DNA from: an uncultured Bacteroidales bacterium
Lineage (GTDB): Bacteria; Bacteroidota; Bacteroidia; Bacteroidales; UBA932
Length of the DNA: 64,000 nucleotides
Reading direction: 5' to 3'
Assembly (NCBI GenBank): GCA_900546395.1
Contig: URDD01000001.1
Span: 9,203 to 73,202, forward strand
Made by a program: the position numbers and the translations under genes. Of this stretch, positions 38,564 through 46,452 are shown in pieces; the first letter of the stretch is position 1; every line of letters starts with the position of its first letter. The notes beneath the pieces are model-generated. The model made no database searches, was not told where the DNA came from, and saw only the letters and a program-made list of their open reading frames with translations.

Positions 38564-41224
38564 ATGATGAAAAGACTTTTTGCATTTATAATTTGTTTCT
38601 TTGCCGTCATCGGAATAATGTCGGCTCAGAGTACATTGAGGGTTGAGGCGCCGAATGTAGTGGCAGCCGATGAACAGTTTACTGTGACTTTCATAATAGA
38701 AGGGGAGAATTCACCCTCTGAATTCCAGTGGAGTCAGGGAAGCGACTTCCAGCTCGTCTGGGGACCACAGACAGGTAGATCCACGAGCGTCCAGATTATA
38801 AATGGCAAAAGGACGAAATCATCACAGTTCACCTATACGTACATACTGATGCCAAAGCAGTCTGGATCATATACATTGCCCGCTGCTACAGCAAAGGTGA
38901 AAGGAGAGACTTTATCATCTTCTGAACTTGCCATTGAAGTGGTGGCAGATGCAACTTCGTCTGGCGGCAATGCCTCACAGTCATCGGGAGTGTCAAAATC
39001 TTCGGCAGAAAGCATGTCGGCCATATCGGAAGATGACTTGTTCCTGAAACTCACTCTTGACCGTACAAAGGTGGTTGTTGGCGAGCCTGTAACTGCCACT
39101 CTCAAACTTTACCAGAGAGTAAACATAGCTGGTTTTGAAGATGCCCGCTTTCCGGCATTCAACGGTTTTTGGAGTCAGGAAGTATCTGCTCCTACCAATA
39201 TTGAGTTCAAGCGGGAAAGCTATGATGGGAAGATCTATAATACCGCTGTTTTGAGAAGTTATATGCTGATACCTCAGCAGACAGGGGATATTACAGTTGA
39301 TCCTGCTGAATTGGTATGTCTTGTAAATATCAGAGTGGCATCCAGTGGCGGAGTAAGCATATTTGACGGATTTTTCGATGATTACAGGACTATAAGAAAG
39401 AGAGTAACGACTCCTTCCCAGACTATTCATGTTTCAGCCCTTCCGTCCGGGGCTCCTGCTTCTTTTGGTGGCGGAGTGGGGGATTTCAACCTGAAGGTCC
39501 GTATGAGCAAGGACTCCCTTACTACTCATGAAGCTTCCTCACTGATTGTTACTGTTTCAGGAAAAGGAAATGTGTCTTTGCTTAATGCTCCAAAAGTAAA
39601 GTTTCCTGCTGATTTTGAAGTATATGATACTAAAATATCGGAGAAAATGACGCCAGGTTCCGGAGGAACGTCAGGAAGCAAGATTTATGAATTTCCGTTC
39701 ATTCCAAGGAGTCACGGCAGCTTTACAATAGATCCGGTACAGTACAGCTATTATGATATAAATTCAGGGAAATATGTCACCCTTTCCTCTGAACCTTTGT
39801 CGGTTATAGTAAATAAAGGGAAAAGTCAGGATTCACCTGTTTCAGGTATAAACGTTCCTTCAATAAACAGGCAAGGTGTCAAGAGTCTGGGAGAAGATAT
39901 CAGATATGTTCATACAAAACTGCCTTCATTCTCATCTAAGGGAGAGTTTTTCATTTCATCTGCTACATTTAAAATACTCGCTGCTCTTATTTTGCTGGCA
40001 GGAGTTGCTGCCTGGTTCATCTTCCGGAATATGGAGAGACGTAGGGCAGATGTGGCCGGGATGAAGACACGCAAGGCCACTAAGATGGCTTTGAAGCGAC
40101 TTAAACTTGCAGATACTTATTTGAGACAGAATCTTTATACCGCGTTTTATGAAGAGCTGCATAAGGCTGTTGTCGGATTTGTTTCTGATAAACTGAATAT
40201 GTCTGTTGCAGACTTTTCAAAAGAAAATATTTCTGAAAAACTTTTAGACAGTGGAGTTGATTCTTCATTGGTCGAATCCCTTATAGGCATCTTGGATGCA
40301 TGTGAGTTCGCTCGTTACTCTCCGGATTCTGGAAATGAGGCCATGCAGAGACATTATCAGGAGGCCGTTGACGTGATTTCATCAATAGATTCAAGTATGA
40401 AGCCCAACAGGAAAATCTTTGATAGTATGAAAGGTAAAAGAAATAACAATATAACTAATGCAGGCGTGCTCCTAATTACATTCATGCTGGCATTCCCTTA
40501 TATTTCTTCAGCATCTGTGGATTCTTACGTGGATTCGCTCTGGACTAAAGCTACCGAATCCTATGCTTCAGGAGATTGGAAGTCTGCTTTGGATACATAT
40601 AGGTCAATAGATAAAATGGGGCTTGAATCTGCTGCTCTGTACTGCAATATAGGAAGTGCTTATTTCAAGTCTGACGAAGTGCCGCAGGCAATACTTTATT
40701 TTGAAAAAGCATTGAAAATTGATCCGTCCTATACGGATGCAAGATATAATCTTGAGGTAGCGACTTCTGTTATTCAGGATAAGATTGATCCTGTTCCTGA
40801 ATTTATTCTGGCAAGTTGGACAAAATCTCTTTGTTATATGCTTGATTCGGATGCCTGGGCTGTTTCTGCTCTTATATTCTTGAGTCTGACAGTTGCATTT
40901 GTCCTTATGTTCTTCTTGTCTGCATCAGTGCCAGCCAGAAAGACAGGTTTCGCACTGTCTTTGATTTTCATATTATTTTCAGCCGGGGCTTTTTCCTTTT
41001 CTGTATGGCAGAAAAACGAATATATACGAGCCGATAGTGCGATAATAATGGTTCCTGTTTCATCCGTGAAGAGTTCGCCTTCTGAAGACGGATCCAAGGA
41101 TTTGTTTATTCTTCATGAAGGGACTAAGGTCAATATCCTTGATTCGGTAGGGGAGTGGCGCAATATTGAGTTGGCTGACGGACGTCAGGGGTGGATTCGC
41201 ACTTCTGATATGGAAGTAATATAG
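38564..41224 (+). CDS. batD: BatD-BatE fusion protein (BatD-like N-terminal ~600 aa; C-terminal TPR and SH3b-like, as in BatE)
   Basis: Single 886-aa ORF. It has a signal peptide and a mid-protein TM segment (ILAALILLAGVAAWFIF). A TPR-like segment (YCNIGSAYFK...EKALKIDPSY) follows, with an SH3b-like region at the end (GEWRNIELADGRQGWIRTSDMEVI). Confidence 0.65.
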   Translation: MMKRLFAFIICFFAVIGIMSAQSTLRVEAPNVVAADEQFTVTFIIEGENSPSEFQWSQGSDFQLVWGPQTGRSTSVQIINGKRTKSSQFTYTYILMPKQSGSYTLPAATAKVKGETLSSSELAIEVVADATSSGGNASQSSGVSKSSAESMSAISEDDLFLKLTLDRTKVVVGEPVTATLKLYQRVNIAGFEDARFPAFNGFWSQEVSAPTNIEFKRESYDGKIYNTAVLRSYMLIPQQTGDITVDPAELVCLVNIRVASSGGVSIFDGFFDDYRTIRKRVTTPSQTIHVSALPSGAPASFGGGVGDFNLKVRMSKDSLTTHEASSLIVTVSGKGNVSLLNAPKVKFPADFEVYDTKISEKMTPGSGGTSGSKIYEFPFIPRSHGSFTIDPVQYSYYDINSGKYVTLSSEPLSVIVNKGKSQDSPVSGINVPSINRQGVKSLGEDIRYVHTKLPSFSSKGEFFISSATFKILAALILLAGVAAWFIFRNMERRRADVAGMKTRKATKMALKRLKLADTYLRQNLYTAFYEELHKAVVGFVSDKLNMSVADFSKENISEKLLDSGVDSSLVESLIGILDACEFARYSPDSGNEAMQRHYQEAVDVISSIDSSMKPNRKIFDSMKGKRNNNITNAGVLLITFMLAFPYISSASVDSYVDSLWTKATESYASGDWKSALDTYRSIDKMGLESAALYCNIGSAYFKSDEVPQAILYFEKALKIDPSYTDARYNLEVATSVIQDKIDPVPEFILASWTKSLCYMLDSDAWAVSALIFLSLTVAFVLMFFLSASVPARKTGFALSLIFILFSAGAFSFSVWQKNEYIRADSAIIMVPVSSVKSSPSEDGSKDLFILHEGTKVNILDSVGEWRNIELADGRQGWIRTSDMEVI

Positions 41225-41410
41225 AAGTCACTTCAAGCATTACGTACCTCAGAGTGGGCTTTTCCGTACCGAATGGCCTTTGAATGCCGTTTGGTACCGC
41301 AGAGGCCTATTTCCCGTACCGAACGCTGTCTGACGGCATCCTTTCAGTCAGCCTGTTTTTGTTTTTTTACACCGCCGAGCCGGACTTGCCTGGGCGAAGG
41401 AGAGTGAAAA

Positions 41411-41442
41411 CAAAAAACGCCTGACTTTCGTCAGGCGCGTTT
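41411..41442. terminator. Bidirectional rho-independent terminator
   Basis: AAAAAA, then 8-bp stem CGCCTGAC / loop TTTC / GTCAGGCG, then CGTTTT. Serves batD on the plus strand and tRNA-Arg on the minus strand. Confidence 0.65.
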
Positions 41443-41447
41443 TGCAG

Positions 41448-41521
41448 GTGATCTGGTTGGGATTCGAACCCAAGACCCACAGCTTAGAAGGCTGTTGCTC
41501 TATCCAGCTGAGCTACCAGAC
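41448..41521 (-). tRNA. tRNA-Arg (anticodon TCT)
   Basis: Reverse complement is GGTCTGGTAGCTCAGCTGGATAGAGCAACAGCCTTCTAAGCTGTGGGTCTTGGGTTCGAATCCCAACCAGATCA. It folds as a cloverleaf with anticodon loop CTTCTAA and T-loop TTCGAAT, and is close to E. coli tRNA-Arg(UCU). Confidence 0.85.
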
Positions 41522-41603
41522 CGATCCGTATTTAGCTTTGCTCTTTTAGCCATGGGAGCGTAAGCGGATGCAAAGATACAAAAAAATATTTTAATGTCAA
41601 TAA

Positions 41604-42572
41604 TTAATTGATGTTTTTAGTCTTTGCCACTGCTTTTGATGCTATTTCTATGCCTATTACGAGGCTGAAGCCTATCAGAGCAAACAGGACTGCACCTCCG
41701 ATGTGCATATTTACCTGTCCTGCAAACATGGCCGCAATATCTGAGCCTTCTTCTGCAATAGCTTGCGCTTCAGGGAATTGTGACAATATTACCGCCTCCA
41801 TATTGCTCCATGGCCAAACTTTTACCAGTGAGCCGATTATAAATCCTGCAAGAACCAGCAGAGTTGGCCTGTGATATTTGCTCAGCAGCCAGTGCAGGAA
41901 TTTGGAAAAAGCTACTATACCTATTGCCGCACCTACTGCAAATACAACCAGCGTTATGAAATCAATGGCTTCCCCTTTTCCTGAAACTATGTCGGCAATA
42001 GTACTCATCATATATTCGTATTTGCCAAGGATAAGAAGAATGAAACTTCCTGAAATTCCTGGTAGTATCATTGCACATATGGCTATCGCGCCGCACAGGA
42101 AGATGAACCAGAGTCCGTCAGGCGTAGTGGTAGGGGATAAAGTGCATATTATTACACCAAGTGCTATTCCGGCAATGAGAGTGATTATGTCTTTTGCTTT
42201 CCATCCGCTGATTCCGCGGAGTATGAAAATGGAGGATGCGACTATCAGTCCGAAGAAAAATGCCCAGGTCTGGATCGGGTGGAAATTAAGCAGATACTGC
42301 ATCAGTTTTGCCAGGGACATTATACTTATAAGTATTCCTATAATCAGTGAGAATAGAAAATTTCCGTTTATGTGCTTCCAGAATTGTTTGATTTTACCTG
42401 TAAACAGAAGTTTGAGTGCCTCTGCATTAATGGCGTTGATAGAGCCTACCAGATCTTCATAGATACCTGTCATGAAGGCTATTGTCCCTCCGGAGACTCC
42501 CGGAATTACGTCTGCGGCACCCATACATATTCCTTTTATGGTGACCATCAGATAATTGAAGAAATTTTTCAT
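41604..42572 (-). CDS. DUF368-family integral membrane protein
   Basis: Polytopic hydrophobic protein of 322 aa. Repeated GxSGGT/GISGS segments are characteristic of DUF368. Confidence 0.5.
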   Translation of the reverse strand: MKNFFNYLMVTIKGICMGAADVIPGVSGGTIAFMTGIYEDLVGSINAINAEALKLLFTGKIKQFWKHINGNFLFSLIIGILISIMSLAKLMQYLLNFHPIQTWAFFFGLIVASSIFILRGISGWKAKDIITLIAGIALGVIICTLSPTTTPDGLWFIFLCGAIAICAMILPGISGSFILLILGKYEYMMSTIADIVSGKGEAIDFITLVVFAVGAAIGIVAFSKFLHWLLSKYHRPTLLVLAGFIIGSLVKVWPWSNMEAVILSQFPEAQAIAEEGSDIAAMFAGQVNMHIGGAVLFALIGFSLVIGIEIASKAVAKTKNIN

Positions 42573-42598
42573 TTGCTGTTATTGTACTTTTTGTTATA

Positions 42599-43132
42599 TT
42601 ATCTTATACTTTCAAGAATACTTGTGACTGTGGCGAACAAATCAGAAATACCTTTATCAGTATCGGATGAAGCATTGACCACTATGTCATATTTATCGCA
42701 GGCAGATGTCTCGCATCCAATCTTGAATGTTGCAGGGAATGCAGCTGATAAAAATTTTACCGTAAAGTCACATCGTTTCGTCAGGCATATGAACAAATCT
42801 TTCTTTCTGGAGAGAAATTTTTCCGATTTTTCCTTAGATAAGCCTCCGAGCCAGTTCAGGTCATTCCTTGCAATCAGGTTTTCCTCTTTAGCGGCAGAAA
42901 TACTTGTATTCCTGGCTTTTGATGTACTCAGGTATATAATTTCAAGTTCGATATTGTGCTCCTTGAAATAGTCAAGTACGAGTTTTTCTGCTTCGGGGAA
43001 TTCTCCGCATCCTGCATTTATTAGTACGGCGGCACTATGGATGGACTTGATAGGTCTCATCCCGGTTTCAATGCTTGAAGCAGATTTCTTCAGACACTTT
43101 TTCCTGAATATGTTCTTAAATGTCTCAAACAT
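42599..43132 (-). CDS. Hypothetical protein
   Basis: ORF with no recognisable motifs. Start moved to MFETFKNIF to avoid an 80-nt overlap with the upstream kinase gene. Confidence 0.3.
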   Translation of the reverse strand: MFETFKNIFRKKCLKKSASSIETGMRPIKSIHSAAVLINAGCGEFPEAEKLVLDYFKEHNIELEIIYLSTSKARNTSISAAKEENLIARNDLNWLGGLSKEKSEKFLSRKKDLFICLTKRCDFTVKFLSAAFPATFKIGCETSACDKYDIVVNASSDTDKGISDLFATVTSILESIR

Positions 43133-43157
43133 AATATAGAGTCCCGTAAGTATAGGC

Positions 43158-44156
43158 TTAATTAGAATTGGCGGCGATAAGTTCCCGTATCTCCTGCTTT
43201 GCCGCTTTCCAGCGCGGGATGTCAATCTTTGTACCAATGACTTCCACGACTTTTGCTGCGATTATGGACCCTACTTCCCCGCATACTTTGAGCGGCATTC
43301 CGAGTGAGTGTGCATAAAGGAATCCAGCTGCGTATGTGTCTCCGGCTCCCGTAGCGTCAATAGTGTCTGCCGGCCATGCTTCTATGAAGTGATACTCATC
43401 TCCGCTCTTGAGCATTGATCCGTCTTTCCCTATCTTTACGACTGCAATGTCGCAGTGTCGTGCGAGTTCATCAAGTGCCTCGCGTGGTTCCAGTCTGGTG
43501 AAAGCCTTGGCTTCGCTTTCGTTGGCAAAGACAATATCTACATATTTATCTACAATGTCATGTAGAAAAGCTTCATTTGATTCCACTACATTGTAAGAAG
43601 CCATATCCAGCGAAATGATGCATCCTGCTTCTTTTGCCATCTCAACTGCTTTACGGATAAGACTTTGGTTCTGGACCAGATATCCTTCGATATGGAAATA
43701 GTCATAGCCCTGAAAATATTCCGGCTTCAAGTCATCCGGGCAAAGCTCGAGGGCTGCTCCGAGATACACCGCGAAAGTCCTTTCCGCATTAGGTGCAGTA
43801 ATGAAAACCATTGCCCTTCCGGACGAATTTACGCCTTTGAACAATGTGGAGCGTATGCCGTATTGTTCCTGGTCACTTCTGAACAGGTGGCCGAGCTCGT
43901 CATCTCCGACTTTTCCGATGAATCCTGATTCCATGCCGAATATGGCTGTGCCTGTTATAGTGTTTGCGGCAGAGCCTCCTGCCACATACTGGACACCCAT
44001 AGGTTTGAGAGTCTGCCATATCTTGTCTCCTGTGGCCATATCCACGTGCTGCATGCTTCCTTTCGGAAGATGGAACTGTTTCAGAAAAGTATCATCCGGA
44101 AGCACCGCCAGGATGTCAGTCAGTGCGTTTCCCATTCCCAATATCGATTTCATCAA
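43158..44156 (-). CDS. PfkB-family carbohydrate/nucleoside kinase
   Basis: C-terminal motif DTIDATGAGDTYAAGFLYA and an N-terminal GG dipeptide region (AGGSAANT). Confidence 0.75.
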   Translation of the reverse strand: MMKSILGMGNALTDILAVLPDDTFLKQFHLPKGSMQHVDMATGDKIWQTLKPMGVQYVAGGSAANTITGTAIFGMESGFIGKVGDDELGHLFRSDQEQYGIRSTLFKGVNSSGRAMVFITAPNAERTFAVYLGAALELCPDDLKPEYFQGYDYFHIEGYLVQNQSLIRKAVEMAKEAGCIISLDMASYNVVESNEAFLHDIVDKYVDIVFANESEAKAFTRLEPREALDELARHCDIAVVKIGKDGSMLKSGDEYHFIEAWPADTIDATGAGDTYAAGFLYAHSLGMPLKVCGEVGSIIAAKVVEVIGTKIDIPRWKAAKQEIRELIAANSN

Positions 44157-44195
44157 AAATCTGTTTTAATGCAAGTTAAACAACTCACAAAGATA

Positions 44196-44235
44196 AGAAG
44201 CTGTTTAAAAATATTCAAAAATTTAAACAGCTTCT
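44196..44235. promoter_or_regulatory. Perfect 14-bp inverted repeat (AGAAGCTGTTTAAA-N12-TTTAAACAGCTTCT) in a divergent intergenic region
   Basis: Arms read directly at 44196-44209 and 44222-44235. No adjacent T-run on either strand, so an operator is more likely than a terminator. Confidence 0.35.
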
Positions 44236-44366
44236 AAGAAAATTAACGATAATTGGGATTTTCCCCGTTTTGTAATAAATTTGTATCTGGGATAATGCCG
44301 TATGCTTGTTTCCCTGTTAGAATTGGCATATATCAAGGCATCGATTCTCTTTAAAACGGACCGGAT

Positions 44367-45386
44367 ATGAATGTTTCCAAATTTTTGAGATATATATTTT
44401 CCCTGTCAGTAGCAGTTGTCTTGCTATGGTTTTCATTCAGGGAGGTGAAGTGGGATGATTTTATTTCAGGACTCAGATCATGCAGGTGGGAGTTCATCCT
44501 TCTTTCCATGGCGGCAAGCATAGCGGCATTTTATCTCAGGGGCTTGAGATGGCGGCAGACGCTCCTGCCTATAGATCCTACGACCACTCGCCTGACGACG
44601 TTCAATGCGGTGAATATCGGGTATATTGCAAATTTTGTATTTCCCCGCATAGGTGAATTTGTAAGATGCGGGTTCATAACTAAGAATTCTGCTTCTTCGG
44701 ACCGGAGGGGTGAAAAACTGGCCTCATATGACAAGGTCCTTGGTACCGTTGTTCTGGAAAGGAGCTGGGATATGGTGAGCATGTTTTTCTTCTTGATTCT
44801 TCTTCTTGTATTCGGATGGAAAAGGTTCGGGGAATTTTTCGTTGAGAAAATGTGGATTCCGCTCGAGCAGTCCCTCAATTTCAGCCTTTGGTGGATTGCT
44901 GTTGTGTTGCTGGCTTTGGTGGCAATTCTGGTAGGGCTTGTTTCGGGATTCAGACAGAAAAACCAGTTCTGCGGAAAGATATGCAGTCTGGCTTCAGGAC
45001 TTTATCAGGGAGTAATAAGTTGTTTCAGGATGCCGGACAAGTGGCTTTTCTTTGCATATACGGCATTGATATGGGGACTCTACTGGCTTATGAGCGCTTC
45101 TACGATGTGGGCCCTTCCGGAACTTGACCGGCTCGGAATCGTAGATGCGCTGTTCCTTATGATAGCCGGAAGTCTCGGGTGGCTTGTACCTGTGCCTGGA
45201 GGCTTCGGCGCTTTTCATTTTGTAGTCTCAATGGCTCTGAGCACCATATATGGCATACCGTTCGAGCTGGGAATCATTTTCGCTACGCTTTCGCATGAAT
45301 CACAGGCTATTACGATGGCGCTGTGCGGAGGCTGGTCATATCTTTATGAAACACTCAGAACGAGCAGAAAAACGATACGAAAATAG
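44367..45386 (+). CDS. Lysylphosphatidylglycerol-synthase-TM-domain-like (flippase-like) membrane protein
   Basis: 339 aa with about 8 predicted TM segments. The N-terminal region has the basic residues typical of the family. Confidence 0.45.
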   Translation: MNVSKFLRYIFSLSVAVVLLWFSFREVKWDDFISGLRSCRWEFILLSMAASIAAFYLRGLRWRQTLLPIDPTTTRLTTFNAVNIGYIANFVFPRIGEFVRCGFITKNSASSDRRGEKLASYDKVLGTVVLERSWDMVSMFFFLILLLVFGWKRFGEFFVEKMWIPLEQSLNFSLWWIAVVLLALVAILVGLVSGFRQKNQFCGKICSLASGLYQGVISCFRMPDKWLFFAYTALIWGLYWLMSASTMWALPELDRLGIVDALFLMIAGSLGWLVPVPGGFGAFHFVVSMALSTIYGIPFELGIIFATLSHESQAITMALCGGWSYLYETLRTSRKTIRK

Positions 45387-45990
45387 GAACGCTGACATCT
45401 GTCAAAACTCCGTTTATTATAGCAATTGGTAGAACTCTGTCTCCTGAAGCCTTGAGAATGACAGGAAGAGCAACATCAATTGATGTAACACCGGCGGAGG
45501 TTATAGGAGCCAAAGGTCCGAACCATTTGGCTATTAGAGGAGTACAAGTCAGTGTCGTTATTTCTCTGAAAACATTTGTCATAAGGGCTACTGTGGCGAG
45601 CTCTGCTGCCAGCTGGACTCCGGCGGTCGCTTCCTTGTATTCGGAAATCAGAACTGACGAAAGCGAGTAATATCCGAAGCCGCTTCCTACTGCCATACAG
45701 TCAAATACATTCCATTTGGCCAGCAGGAAACTGGCTGCAGCTGAAAATGACAACGTTCCGACTATTGTCGCAAGCGGAACAAGAAGTATTCTCGGCCTTA
45801 TGCTTTTTATTATATTCTTCAAGTCAGGATTACAGCCTAAACTGACACCAACAAGGAACATCAGCACATAAAGAATATACATGGCTATATCATTGCCGAC
45901 AGTCCCCCATTGTCTCAAATCTACCAGTCCTGTCCATCCGGCAATGCAGCCGATGATGAAAATACCTACTACAATCAAACTTCCTTTCAT
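45355..45990 (-). CDS. LysO/DUF340-family membrane protein (large subunit)
   Basis: 211 aa hydrophobic protein. Forms a two-gene pair with a 102-aa membrane protein, overlapping it by 4 nt. Confidence 0.4.
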   Translation of the reverse strand: MKGSLIVVGIFIIGCIAGWTGLVDLRQWGTVGNDIAMYILYVLMFLVGVSLGCNPDLKNIIKSIRPRILLVPLATIVGTLSFSAAASFLLAKWNVFDCMAVGSGFGYYSLSSVLISEYKEATAGVQLAAELATVALMTNVFREITTLTCTPLIAKWFGPLAPITSAGVTSIDVALPVILKASGDRVLPIAIINGVLTDVSVPIFVSFFCSF

Positions 45991-46295
45991 ACCTGCTTAT
46001 CCTTAAAAAAGAATTTATATACCAATAATGCGAATATCGCACTGCCCAATATACCTGCCATTGCGAGCACCAGGGCCTGAAGTCCTATCCCTGAAAGATT
46101 CTTTATGATTTCTTCATCTGTTCCTATTTTTGCTCCAAGGACAAACAGCATGGCATATATCGTTAAAGATATTGCCTTTCCGGTGTGGGACAGAAATTTT
46201 ACTTTCTTAAGCAGAAAGCCAAGACCTATCCCTATAAACATGGTCAATATTATAGATAGCATACCGTAATTTTTTTGAGGCTGCAAAAGTACCAA
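45987..46295 (-). CDS. LysO/DUF340-family small membrane protein
   Basis: 102 aa with three TM segments. Translationally coupled to the downstream 211-aa gene. Confidence 0.4.
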   Translation of the reverse strand: MVLLQPQKNYGMLSIILTMFIGIGLGFLLKKVKFLSHTGKAISLTIYAMLFVLGAKIGTDEEIIKNLSGIGLQALVLAMAGILGSAIFALLVYKFFFKDKQV

Positions 46296-46452
46296 TAAAA
46301 TTATGATGACGAAAATTTAAACAAAGTCCGGATAATACCTGCTTAAAGAAATTCTGACGATTTTATTTGCAGCTATTAAAAAACAAATTATATTCGCAGT
46401 GTATTAGTGATGTAATATGCTGCTTAGTTTACAGATGATATAGCATAAAAGG

